From NCBI GenBank assembly GCA_951406725.2, contig OX597827.1:24428001-24492000 (forward strand): DNA of 64,000 nt, written 5' to 3'. Positions 1 to 12,789 of this stretch are shown piece after piece. The position numbers were made by a program, and so were the translations under genes. How positions within the stretch are numbered: the stretch's first letter is position 1; the number at the start of each line of letters is the position of its first letter. The notes below the pieces were generated by a model. It did no database searches, was not told the origin of the DNA, and saw only the letters and a program-made list of their open reading frames with translations. The DNA comes from Octopus vulgaris (Eukaryota).

Positions 1-550
1 GAGCCTGGAATGGCTCAAGAAGGAAACATTTCTTCTTCCTGTTTTCTAGGTTCAATCCCACTGCATGCTAACTCGAGGAAGTGTCTTCTACTATGGCGTT
101 GGGTTGACTAAAGCATTGTGAATGAATCTGGTAGACAGAAACTTAAAGAAGCCTGTCATGTGTGCCTGTGTTCCTTTGTGTCTATGTTTGTTCCCCCACT
201 ACTGCTTTACAACCGGCATTGGTGTGTTTACATCCCTGTAGCTTAGCGGTTCAGCAAAAGAAACTGATAGAATAAGTACCAAGCTTAAAAAAATATAAAA
301 GTACTGGCATTGATTTATTTGACAAAAATTCCTCAAGGCAGTGCCCCAGCATAGCCACAGTCTAATGACTGAAACCAGTAGAAGAGAGGGATAAAAGATA
401 TATATATATATATATATACTCTTTATCTTTTATTAAACTTTTAATACTTTTGATATTTATATAAAAAAAAAATTAATAAATAAATAAATTAATAAATAAA
501 TAAAATAATATATAAATATAAAAATATACATACATATATATATATATATA

Positions 551-1913
551 TCATCATCATCATCATCATCATCATTATTTAACGTCCGCTTTCCATGCTA
601 GCATGGGTTGGACGGTTCAACTGGGGTCTGGGGAGCCCGAAAGCTGCACCAGTCCAGTCAGATCTGGCAGTGTTTCTACAGCTGGATGCCCTTCCTAACG
701 CCAACCACTCCGAGAGTGTAGTGGGTGATTTTATGTGCCACCGACACAGGTGCCAGACGAGGCTGGCAAACGGCCACGCTCGGATGGTGTTTTTTTTTAT
801 GTGCCACCGACACAGGTGCCAGACGAGGCTGGCAGACGGCCACGCTCGGATGGTGTTTTTATGTGCCACCGACACAGGTGCCAGATGAGGCTGGCAAACG
901 GCCACGATCGGATGGTGTTTGTTACGTGCCCACAGCACGGAGGCCAGTCGATGCGGTACTGGCTACGGCCACGTTCGGATGGTTTTCTTGTGTGCCACGT
1001 GCCACCGGCACTGGTACCACAAAGATACAAATTCCATTGATGTTCATCTATTTTGATTTGTTTTGATTTTCACTTGCCTCAACAGGTCTTCACAAGTGTC
1101 ACAAGAAGGAAGGTATGCACAGGTGGACTGACTACGTCCCAGGTAGGGGCCACAGGTTATGGCCTGACTAGTCTTGCCGGGTCTTCGGATGGTGTTTTTA
1201 TGTGCCACCGACACAGGTGCCAGATGAGGCTGGCGAACGGCCACGATCGGATGGTGTTTGTTACGTGCCCACAGCACGGAGGCCAGTCGGTGCGGTACTG
1301 GCTACGGCCACGTTCGGATGGTTTTCTTGTGTGCCACCGGCACTGGTACCACAAAGATACAATTCCATTAATGTTCATCTATTTTGATTTGATTTGATTT
1401 TCACTTGCCTCAACAGGTCTTCACAAGTGTCACAAGAAGGAAGGTATGCACAGGTGGACTGACTAGTCTTGCCGAGTCTTCGGAAGGTGTTTTTATGTGC
1501 CACCGACACAGGTGCCAGATGAGGCTGGCGAACGGCCATGATCGGATGGTGTTTGTTACGTGCCCACAGCACGGAGGCCGGTCGATGCGGAACTGGCTAC
1601 GGCCACGTTCGGATGGTTCTCTTGTGTGCCACCGGCACTGGTACCACAAAGATACAGATTCCATTGATGTTCATCTATTTTGATTTGTTTTGATTTTGAT
1701 TTTGATTTTCACTTGCCTCAACAGGTCTTCACAAGTGTCTCATGAAGGAAGGTATGCACAGGTGGACTGACTACGTCCCACGTAGGGGCCATGGGTTATG
1801 GCCTGACTAGTCTTGCCGGGTCTTCGGATGGTGTTTTTATGTGCCACCGACACAGGTGCTAGATGAGGCTGGCGAACGGCCACGATCGGATGGTGTTTGT
1901 CATGCGCCCACAG

Positions 1914-1917
<4 letters not shown>
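551..1917 (-). mobile_element. RTE 3' UTR-derived element with a higher-order tandem amplification (about 300-340 bp units)
   Basis: GTCTTGCCGGGTCTT (the last codons of the RTE ORF, as at 59074-59088) recurs at about 1171, 1466 (one mismatch) and 1810; same terminal module and (GAT)n tail. Confidence 0.8.
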
Positions 1918-1958
<41 letters not shown>

Positions 1959-2689
1959 ATATATATATTTAAAATTTATAAGTTTAAATTATTTAAATAA
2001 TTTTTAAATTTTTAACTTTTAGGTTTTTAAATTAATTTTATGTATTGGCTTATGTTTTTCACTGTTTGATTTGCCTAATAGTGGTTTTATCTCTAATTTA
2101 ATATAATATATATATATATCGTCGTTCACCCGCGACATCACTTCCGCTGCTGTCTCTCTGGCCTGGCTCTTTCAAGGTAATCGACGACATTCTTTTTGCT
2201 CCGCTCGTCGTTCCTAAAAATTTCTGCGTTCGCTATACTTTTTTTCGTTCGGCGTTAACAGCCCTTCTTATCTTGTTTTTCCTTGTCCTGTTTTTTACTG
2301 TTTATAATTTGTACTGTCGTTACTGTCCTGTTTTTGTTACCATTTTTTACCCCTCTGCGAAAAGATCTCAGAATTTTAATTGATTTGCTTTTCGCAGGAA
2401 GGAAAGTTTCTTGTCGAAGATACGTCTCGCTTTTATCCTTCGAAACGTAGAGTAGATGAAACCTTTAGCGACTGAAGAAGGGGTTTTTTCTTTGTGTTAA
2501 TTGTCCTGTACTCTATTTTTTTGCTGTTTTTAAAAAAATGTCCAGTTCCTTTGGTTTGTGTCTATGTTTTCGTTTCTCATTGTGTTCGACGTCCTTTTGG
2601 TGTCCTGTACTCATATATGCGTGTATATGTACATGTAGAGGTAAGTACCTACATATATGTTTATATATATGCATATGTTTATTTATTTA

Positions 2690-3018
<329 letters not shown>

Positions 3019-4065
3019 TAATGGTCTTGATATTAATACAGCAGTATTAATTTATTGAAGAATTTTACCAAAGAGAAATGATTTGGAGAATGTGTAGTGA
3101 AACTGTGATTACCATATTAGGAAATAAAGTGGTTGTCTTTGGTCTTAATTAAATGTAAATAGAAGCTCACCCACTAAAAGCATCCAGCCTCAATAATTAA
3201 TATAATTATGGTGAGAAGATAATAGTAATAGGTTCCTGGTTTTGCTATATCTGTTTTAGAAAATTAAAGATTGGAATTGTTGCTATCAGATTTATCAAAA
3301 TGGAAGCAGAGATTTATTTCCCTTTAACCAAATTCTTCATCAGCTTTTGCATTTTTACTGCTGCCTGCAAAATTCGGCAGACACACAAGTGAGTTCATGA
3401 GTATATAGTGATCTGGGCTTAGTAGATATTGATTTCCTTTGCAATCTGACTGATTAGTAAGCCTTCCTTTACTAACATCCTATAAATTCCTACAGGCAAT
3501 GCAGTGCAGTTAGTTACCCACCAACACACTGCTACCATTTCCTCACACACACACACACACACATTACAGCACTTCCCTACCACCAAACTTACCAATCTAA
3601 GGACTGCCGCCAATCAGTCGGCACTGCTTCTCTTCTCTACTCTGTGTAATAAAAAGGGAGAGATAACATTACAGTGTGTCTTACATTCTCTAAATCCATC
3701 CTTTGCCCTCCACTCCATTCCAAATTCCTCCAGCTAAAAGCAATTACCGAAACGAGTTGATCCAAGGAATTTCTGATTTGATCTTTTATGTATTCCTGTC
3801 ATTGGATTGTGGCCATGCTGGGGCACTGCCTTGACAGGTTTAGTCAAAAATATCAACCCCAGCACTTATTATTATTTTGAGTCTGGTACTTGTTCTATTA
3901 TTCTCTTTTGTGAAACTGCTAAGTTACAGGGACATAACCAAACCAACATCAGTTGTTAAACAGCGATTGTGTGTGTGTATGTGTGATGGTGCAAGCACAA
4001 ACACACATAAATACGATGAGCTTCTTTCAGTTTCCATTTACCAAATCCACTGACAAAGCTTAGGT

Positions 4066-5099
4066 TGTTTGATCAGGTTTGACTTGAGACTGACTCAGGG
4101 TTGACTCAAGGTTGACTCAAGGCTGACTCAGGGTAGATCAACAAAAGTAACAGTAGCAACTGAAGTGGAAACCAACCTGAGGTTGTAGAAAAAGACGCCC
4201 TGGGCACCACTTTGAGAAAATGTCTTCATCCTTAGTCCCAGGCCAACCATAGCCACACATATATGACTCCTTGCTCTTCCTCAAAGTTTAAACCCTAATT
4301 CTGAACCTGGCATCACATTTTTATCTCTGCAAGACCATCTGATCATTGTTTAATTAAGGCAGATCTTCACACCTTTTTAAAATCTAGAGGTGAGGAGTAG
4401 TGCTATGACCACATTCAGGACATCTGAGATGAGTAAAAAAGAAAGGAGGAATTCATTTTCAAACTAGACCAGGAGTGTACCCCACTAAAGGTACCCAAGG
4501 ATCCGGTAAGGGCTAAAACTAGGGGATAGATGAGTGAATAAATGTTTCTTCTTGAAATTAATCAGGCAGGGCAAAATCTCTGCTAATTCTTACCTCTAGC
4601 TGTTGGTGTGCTTCTGGGGTCAGTGCTGCAGCATGGCACCTTGGGCAAGTGTCTTCTGTCAATAACCTTGGGCCAACCAAAGCCTTGTAAGTGGATTTGG
4701 TAAAGGGGAAACTGAAAAAAACCTGTTGTGTGTGGGTGTGTGTGTTTGTCCCCTGCCATACTTGATAGCTGGTGTTGGAGTGTTTACATCCCTGTAACTT
4801 TGCAGTTCGGCAAAAGTGACTGACAGAATAAGTACCAAACTTTAAAAAAAAAATATGTACTGGGGTTGATTCATTCAATGAGAAATTCTTCAAGGCACTG
4901 CTCCAGCATGGCCACAGTCTAATGGATTGAACAAGCAAAAAATATAAGATAAAGCCATTGATAAAGCCTTTGCCAAACCATTGAGCTGTTTGATCAGGTT
5001 TGACTTGAGACTGACTCAGGGTTGACTCAAGGTTGACTCAAGGCTGACTCAGGGTAGATCAACAAAAGTAACAGTAGCAGTTGAAGTGGAAACCAACCT
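4066..5099. repeat. Direct duplication of about 113 bp (4066-4178 and 4987-5099), each copy with four TGACTCA in 11-bp units
   Basis: The two copies differ at two adjacent bases; offset 921 bp. Confidence 0.9.
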
Positions 5100-5192
5100 T
5101 TAACCTGTCTCGGATTCTCCATACACTTTCTTTGTCTACCACTGAGTAACTAATAAAAACATGTGTCTTTGCTCTTGCACGGACCGTCTCCT
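5098..5192 (-). CDS. ARM-TIR gene internal exon G, start of TIR domain (K-ETVRARAKTHVFISYSVVDKESVWRIRDRLK)
   Basis: TTCTTTACAG acceptor; AAG|GTTGGT donor; 95 nt, phase 1 to 0. HVFISYS followed by an amphipathic helix matches TIR betaA-alphaA. Confidence 0.88.
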
Positions 5193-6061
5193 CTGTAAAG
5201 AAGAAAGAAAAAAAACAGGAATTTCATTTTGGGATTGAATTTTCACTTTTTTAAAAATTTTGGAAATAATTTTTGTTTACAAAATAAAATGTCAGCAAAT
5301 GGATTTCAAGGAGAATAATTTGAATAAAGGTCCTCCTTTTCAAGTCAGACAGACTCAGAAGTCTGTTAGTTTTTTTTTTTTTTGGCGCATATATTTCCCT
5401 GCTTAGATGTGACACTGGTCTGTCACAGAATCACCCATTTTTCCTGAGGAGACTGGAGCTGGGTGAAATGAAGTGTTTTGCTCAAGAACACAATTCAGGA
5501 ATCAAAACCACAACCTCACAATCATGGTTCCAACACCCAAACCACCAAGCCATGTATCTCCATGAGAATATGTAAAATATATTTAAAATAGATTTTTAAA
5601 TAGAATTGGGAATTTTAAAAAGATTTATAAATATTTAGCAATAATTATTACTTTGAAACAGAATGTTAATCCTTTTGATATCAAGCCCCCAGAAATGGCC
5701 CCTAATTATCTGTTACGAACTGCCTGTTTAAGAATAATCTAAATCAATGGTTCTCAACTGGGGTCCATATGTCCCTTAGAATTTTGAAATTTAAACAGAG
5801 TTTTTAATTAATTTTCTGTAGAATTATAAATTTAGACAAAATTATGAATATCAAACAGAATTATAAACTTGAAACAGAATTTTTAGTTTTAGACAGGCTT
5901 CTGAATTTTAAATAGAATTTTGAATTTTCTATAGAATTATAAATAACAAGATTTTAACCGTCCAAATAAAATTCAATACTTTGAATATTGTTATCTATTT
6001 TGTTTTTTTGAAAAAAAGCATTAAACAGAAACGAAAGTGAGAAAGAAATGAAACATCTTAC

Positions 6062-6317
6062 TGTCAACCTCCGTTACTTGTGTTGCTCCATTTAACAACC
6101 ACAGCACCCCTTTAACATTTGCACTGACTAGTTTGTCTTTGTTGTCTTTGAGAGATTCCAGTAGTGTCACCAACGCTTGTTCATCATTTATTAACCTTTC
6201 GCGTACATTTTCGTCAAACATTAACGTCCACAGAATCCTTGCAGCTGAGCATTGTTCGCGGACGTCATCAAATTGTAACATACGACTTAGCATTGATAAT
6301 ATTCCACCATCCACAAT
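6062..6317 (-). CDS. ARM-TIR gene internal exon F (IVDGGILSMLSRMLQFDDVREQCSAARILWTLMFDENVRERLINDEQALVTLLESLKDNKDKLVSANVKGVLWLLNGATQVTEVD)
   Basis: TTCTTAG acceptor; ACA|GTAAGA donor; 256 nt, phase 0 to 1; two armadillo-like repeats. Confidence 0.9.
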
Positions 6318-6726
6318 CTAAGAATTAAAAAAAAAAAACAATATATACAACTGTAAAAAAAAGTGGTAAAGAAGAAAGAACACCAGTGACATCTAGGATT
6401 TTATCTTTCATTATTAATTGCTTCAGTCTGTAGTCATTCTGGGGCAGTGCCTTGAAAATTTTGGTCAAATGAATCAACCCCAGTAGTTTTATTTGCTAAA
6501 GCTTGGCACTTATTCTATCAGTCTCTTTTGCCAAACTGCTAAGTTACTACTGTTTATGTAAACACACCAGCACTGGTTGTCAAGCAGTGGTGGGGGACAA
6601 ACATTGGCAAACAGAAACACACACACACATGTATATATACATACATACACACAAATGCACATATATGCATACACACACACACACACATATATTTACATAC
6701 ATACACACAAATACACATATATGCAT

Positions 6727-6779
<53 letters not shown>

Positions 6780-8178
6780 CATACACACAAATACACATAT
6801 ATGCATACACACACACTCATACATATATATATATATATACACACACACACTCATACATATATATATACATACACACAAATACACATACATATTAGGAAGG
6901 GCATTCATCGGTAAAAACCTTGCCAAAACAGACATAGAAGCCTGGTGCAGGCTCCTGCCTGGTGAGATCTTGTCAAACCGTCCAACCCATGCCAGCATGG
7001 AAAGCAGGCGTTAAAGGATGATGATGATGATGATGTGTTTCTTTCAGTTTCCGTCTACCAAATCCACTCACAAGGCTTTGGTCGGCTTGAGGCTATAGTA
7101 GAAGACACTTGCCCAAAGTGCCACGCAGTGGGAATGAACCTGAAACCATTTGATTTAGAAGCTTCTTAAATGCACAGCCAGGCCTATGCCCAGATGTTTC
7201 ATATATTCTACAGAATTTCAAGATATTCTGTAAAAGTTTTTTTTTTTCTAAGTAACAGAGTTGCAGAAAGAAACAAACAAATTATGGTATTTAGCTGTGA
7301 ACCTTCATATTCAGATTTCAAACCCTGCAGGGATCCTCTTTGTATTTATCTCTCCAGGGATCAATAGAATAAGTACTATTTGAGTACTATTTGGGGATAA
7401 GGGTCAACCTATTTGTTTCTGTTCTCCACAAAGATTATGTGCTATTTGAGGGCAGGAAAGGTGGGTCACTGCAACTGAGTAGGCCCCCAGCAAAAAAACA
7501 TGGGACCTAATGCTTCTGTTAGAAGTAATGATTTATGATAGAGGTTCCCAAACTTTATCAGGCTGCCACCCCCTTGACACTCAGGCCACATTCCTCAAGC
7601 CCCCACCCCAACAAACCATCCCAAACATAAACCTCTTTCTGAAGCAAATTCAAAGCATTTCACAAACATAATCTAACGAACCCATTATTTTATTGTTTTT
7701 ACATGAATTGTTACTCCATTATTACCCCCACTTTTCCTCAATGCCCCCCTTGGAACTTTTCACCCCCAGAGGAGCAATACTGCTCACTTTGGGAACCACT
7801 GATTTATGACTTCAAAGTACGCTGGACGAAATGCTCAGTGGTATTTCACCGGCAGCTATGTTCTGAGTTCAAATTCCGCTGAGGTCAAATTTGTCTTTTA
7901 TCCTTTTGGGGTTGATAAATTAAGTTCCAGTTGAACGAATAAAGCATTAGACAAAATACCTTATGGTAACTAAGCTGCATATCTTTAGGTTTTCAGTTCA
8001 AATCACATTAGGTCCAACATCCTTTACAGGGGTTCGTCAAGCTGAGTTCTAGTTCAGTTTCTGGGATTATATAATCAACACTAATATTCATGTCCCAAAT
8101 AGGAAGCGTCCTTGGGCTTGTATTAAAGATATCAATATTTACATCATGTTTGATATGGAAAATATTTAATCTCTTTAA

Positions 8179-8394
8179 CCGTTTAGCATTCAGATTCTTC
8201 TGTCAAATAGAATAATCCTTGTTCATTCCCATTGTCTTGAATTAATCCTGAATTACCTTGTGGCTTTGAGATTTCAATGATGAGATTGTCTATTTTTAGA
8301 ATGATACTGCAGGGTAGGTGTAAGAGGCCAGGCATAAAACATGAAACATGAAGAATATTTTGGGCTGGATACAGATGGTTTAAATGCTGAAGGG
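8179..8394. mobile_element. piggyBac-type MITE of a second family (other copies about 41160-41380, 43455-43655, 44600-44815, 44831-45046)
   Basis: TTAA flanks; TIRs close to CCCTTTAGCATT/AATGCTAAAGGG; shared internal sequence across five copies. Confidence 0.75.
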
Positions 8395-9060
8395 TTAAAG
8401 ATCATCATCATCATCATCATCATCATCATTGCCCCCCACCCTCCTCTTCATCATCATCAATGTTATCATCATTGCTATCATCATCATTACCATTGCCGTC
8501 ATCATTGTCATCACCATCATCATCATCATCGTCATCATCATCACCACCACCATCATCATCATCGTTTAACATCCGTTTTCTATCCTGGCATGGTTTGGAT
8601 GGCTTGACTGGAGTTTGCAAGCCAGAGAACTGCATCAGTCCCTAGTTATCTGTTTTGGCAAGGTTTCCATGGCTGGATGCCCTTCCGAATACCCACCACT
8701 TTACAGAGTGGACTGGGTGCTTTTTATGTGGCACCATCACCAGTGCTTCATATGTGACACAGGTGTTTTAATGTGACTCCAGCATGGATGCTTTTCACGT
8801 GGCACCTGCCCTCTGAGTTAGCAAGACAGAGACCTCTCAACTGAGAGAGGGAATGAAACTAAAAGATGAGAGTCTGCTAGGGGAACAGAGGTAGCCCTCT
8901 TTCTGTTGAGGAGATACATGGTGACTCCTATAGGACAAACAAAGAGAGGAAGGTAGAAGAGAGTTAGAGAGAGAGATGGAGAGACTGAGAAAGAGAAGTC
9001 TTAATCTCAAAGAAGCATAAGTTTAATTCCTTCAGAATAAAGAACAGAATATGATCTTAA

Positions 9061-9227
9061 CCCTTTCGTTACCAACCCGGCTGAAACCGACTCTGGCTCT
9101 GAGTACAAATGTCTTGTTTCCATAAGTTTTGAATTAAAATTTTCCACCAAATCTTAGTCACAATTTATGTTCCTAATACTAACTGAATGATAACTAAGTT
9201 ATTTTACTAAATTCAGTAACGAAAGGG
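9061..9227. mobile_element. piggyBac-type MITE
   Basis: TTAA duplications (9057-9060, 9228-9231) and perfect 12-bp TIRs CCCTTTCGTTAC/GTAACGAAAGGG. Confidence 0.85.
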
Positions 9228-9242
9228 TTAAAGTAAGTTCAC

Positions 9243-9376
9243 CTTTAATTTGTTGGAATCTGTGACAGCCAACTTTTCCAGGCCTTGCACAATCTCGTAT
9301 GGTGTGAAACCTTTGTATCGTCTTTTATTGCAGTCGAGAGCTTTATCAAGCCATTGGAGCATACACAAAATGCTCC
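9243..9376 (-). CDS. ARM-TIR gene internal exon E (G-SILCMLQWLDKALDCNKRRYKGFTPYEIVQGLEKLAVTDSNKLK)
   Basis: TTCCTCAG acceptor; AAG|GTGAAC donor; 134 nt, phase 1 to 0. Confidence 0.87.
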
Positions 9377-9713
9377 CTGAGGAAGAAATAAAAGTCGCGA
9401 CAATCTTTATAAAACAAGCAAACATAAAAAAAAAGAAACAACAAAATCAAGTACAAAATTAACATGAAATGTTTAAATGTAGGGGCAGACGTGGCATTCA
9501 TCATAGGCATAAGGTCAGGAATTTGTGTGGTAGGAGAAGGGTTGAGTAAATATACCTCAGCATATGACTGGTACTTACTTATGGACCCTCATACTCAGAA
9601 AAATGATGGGGAACATGCTCTAGCTGGATTTGAACTCAGAATGTAAAGAAACATTAATAAAATATTGCAAAGTATTTTGTCAGGTGCTCCACCAACTCTA
9701 CTATTCATTATCT

Positions 9714-10095
9714 TAGTAGTAGTAGTGACAGTAGTAGTAGTAGTAATAGTAGTGGTGATGGTGGTGGTTGTAGTAGTAGTAGTACTGGTGTTGGTGGTAG
9801 TAGTAGAAGTAGTATTAGTAGTGGTGGTTGTGGTGGTAGAAGAAGTAGTAGTGGTGGTGATCGTTGTAGTAGTAGTGGTGGTGGTGGTAGTAATAGTAGT
9901 AGTAGTGTTGGTGGTAGTAGTAGTAGTGGTGTTGGTGGTAGTAGTAGTGGTGGTAGTAGTAGTAGAAGTAGTAGTGGTAGTAGTAGTGGTTGTTGTAGTA
10001 GTAGTGGTGGTGGTAGTAGTAGAAGTAGTATAAGTTGTGGTGGTGGTGGTAGTAGCAGTGGTAGTAATAGTAGTAGTGGTGGTGGTGGTAGTAGT
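9714..10095. repeat. (GTA/GTG)n trinucleotide microsatellite
   Basis: Directly visible. Confidence 0.95.
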
Positions 10096-10494
10096 TAAGC
10101 AAGTGTGATACAAAGTGAATCAATAAGCTTACAAGTGAAGGATGTTCAACAGATAAGAAGTTATATTTTGGTTATTTATGAGGAAGACAGGGGGGGAGGG
10201 AGAGAGAGAGAGAAGGAGGGTGAAAGCATAAGGAAGGTGTGTGTGTGTGTGTATATATATGTATGTACATATGGCCCAGTGGTTAGGCTGTTGCATTCAT
10301 GATCGCTAGATCGTGGGTTCGATTCTCTGACTGGGTGGTGCATTGTATTCTTGAGCAAAACACTTCATTTCATCTTGCTCCAGTGCCCCTTTCAATCAGG
10401 GGGGAATGTTAGCCTGCTTGCCTTGCCAGCAGCATGATGTCATTTAAAGGCTAAAACAATGTACAATGTAACCAGTGATGTATCATGTGATCAT

Positions 10495-10537
<43 letters not shown>

Positions 10538-10578
10538 AGAATTCAAAAAAAAAAAAGACGAAGACAGGTGGTGTAGAC

Positions 10579-10620
<42 letters not shown>

Positions 10621-10950
10621 GTTTACGGAAACGTGAAACTCAGAGTAACAGGTTTTGTTGAATTTTCTGCTGCTTTAAATAAAGCATATTACTCTACCAC
10701 TGATATTTGAGTACTCTTTTTTCCACCTTGTTTCACATTTATGTGTTTACTCCGGTATATATATATATATATATATATATGCTAGATCAGTAGCCACTAC
10801 ACACATTTTTTTCTCTCCTTGTTTTTTCTGTGTAGAAGAGCGTAGGCTTGAAACGTAAAAGACTTTTTCAATTCCTGAGCATTATACTAATACATCTGTT
10901 TATTTTGTACACCCCCTGTCTTCGTCTTTTGCTTTTTTCGTGAATTTTCC

Positions 10951-11007
<57 letters not shown>

Positions 11008-11421
11008 CAATATGGAGCAAATAATTCATGAGAAAATAATTTGCAAAGATATCACTGACTCTATTATTATCTAGTGTAAAAATTTTAAAATTATGATAAC
11101 AGAATCAATAATATAGACGATTGCAGGCCCCCAAAATAAATATATATATAAGAAGTTGGACAAGGGAATAAGAAATTATATCATGAATTTCATAGCTTAT
11201 AGCTGTTTCTGTTACAAGGTTCAATGCACTCATCTCCCTATAGCTTCATTAGAGCTTCAAATACAAAATGCTGAAACAGCTGTAAGCTAAATAAAGTCCA
11301 TAAGTGTTTCTTCCTTTGTCATTCTAATTTCTTATTACTGCTCTGTCCGTGATTAACACTTCTTTCTGACACGTTTGTATACTGAGTTCTGGTACCAGGT
11401 GATTAGTATCACTATGTTTAA

Positions 11422-11423
<2 letters not shown>

Positions 11424-11470
<47 letters not shown>

Positions 11471-11520
11471 TAATAGTAATAATAACAATAATGATGATGA
11501 TAATGATAATAATAATGATG

Positions 11521-11557
<37 letters not shown>

Positions 11558-11670
11558 TGATGATAATAATGATGATAATAATAATACTAATAATAATAAT
11601 GATAATAATAATACTAATAATAATAATGATAATGAAAATAATGATAAAAATAACAACAACAACAACAACA
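11424..11670. repeat. (ATA/ATG)n microsatellite
   Basis: Directly visible. Confidence 0.95.
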
Positions 11671-11685
11671 ATATATATATATATA

Positions 11686-12047
11686 TTGTATTTCAGGATG
11701 GTCATTGTTCTTTTTTTTTTTTGCCAAATAAACACATGCACTGTATATTTGTTCTTCACTCATTTATTATTGTTCTTATTCTAACTCTTGTCCATTGTCC
11801 GGAAATCTTTTGTCACACACCAGTGACCTCTCCAGCGACACTTTCCATCTTTGTGTGTGCTCTTGCTCCGCTTAGTCCATTCTCAGATAATGGAAGAGGT
11901 CACAGACATGTGATGAAAGACTTCTGGACAATGGACATGAGTTAGAATAAGAACAGTAATAAATGAGTGAAGAACGAATAAATCGTGCATGTGTTTATTT
12001 GGAAAAGAACAAAAAAAAAAAAAGAAGACTATCCCTAAGTACAAAAT
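11686..12047. repeat. Inverted repeat (about 150-bp arms, about 60 bp spacer)
   Basis: CCAAATAAACACATGCAC...GTTCTTATTCTAACTC...GTGACCTCT pairs with AGAGGTCAC...GAGTTAGAATAAGAAC...GTGCATGTGTTTATTTGG. Confidence 0.85.
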
Positions 12048-12406
12048 CTGTTTCAACACACAGTTTCACATTATGAATCTTACAACACTAATTCATAAAT
12101 GGGTATATATATAATAAATGTGGCTAGATACAATATAACATCAAAAAGGAAGACTTCAGTTCTCACTAATAGTGACTGAGGGTCCATTGTAGCACCTACA
12201 TTGCTAGAAATAAGTGTCAAGACCCTTGTAGCCACAAACATAGCACAGGTCTATGTACTGATAGGGGAGTTAACTGCCCCATAGTAAGCGAGTGTGCTAA
12301 ATTGGCATGTCAGTTTCGCTTGAAATCAAAGCTCATCAGTATTACTACTACATTGCTTGTAGTTAAGTCAAATCCTCTTGTCAGTAGATAGATTATTACC
12401 ATAAGA

Positions 12407-12443
<37 letters not shown>

Positions 12444-12495
12444 ACACACACACAAAGAGAGAGATGGAGAAGAAATAATGAAAATGCAGCCTCAC

Positions 12496-12607
12496 CAGTT
12501 TCCTCAATTAATGTCTGGTTGTCTTCCTCTTCAACGATGTATGCCATAGTCATCATAGATAGGACCTTAAACATTTCATCTTTTGAAGAAATAAATGTCT
12601 GAATCAC
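12496..12607 (-). CDS. ARM-TIR gene internal exon D (VIQTFISSKDEMFKVLSMMTMAYIVEEEDNQTLIEET-G)
   Basis: TTTCAG acceptor; CTG|GTGAGG donor; 112 nt, phase 0 to 1. Confidence 0.88.
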
Positions 12608-12789
12608 CTGAAAGTTGATAATGAGCAGCAAATGTTTATGGGGGACATAATGATAATGATGATCATGACGATGATAATGATGAAGATGATGATAACAATA
12701 GTAATAATTATTATAATAATACCCTCCAAACTGCTGACCAATTACATGTCTAACAGCTATATCTAAAATACTAACATCCATCATTACTG

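Noticed and set aside
579-1683. Overlapping 60-120 aa ORFs (MCHRHRCQ... repeats)
   Set aside because: Chance frames in the tandem RTE 3' UTR array, open on both strands with no domain signal.
3419-3613. Possible next TIR exon on the minus strand
   Set aside because: No frame gives a TIR-like continuation (such as a W.D motif), so the next exon probably lies before position 1.
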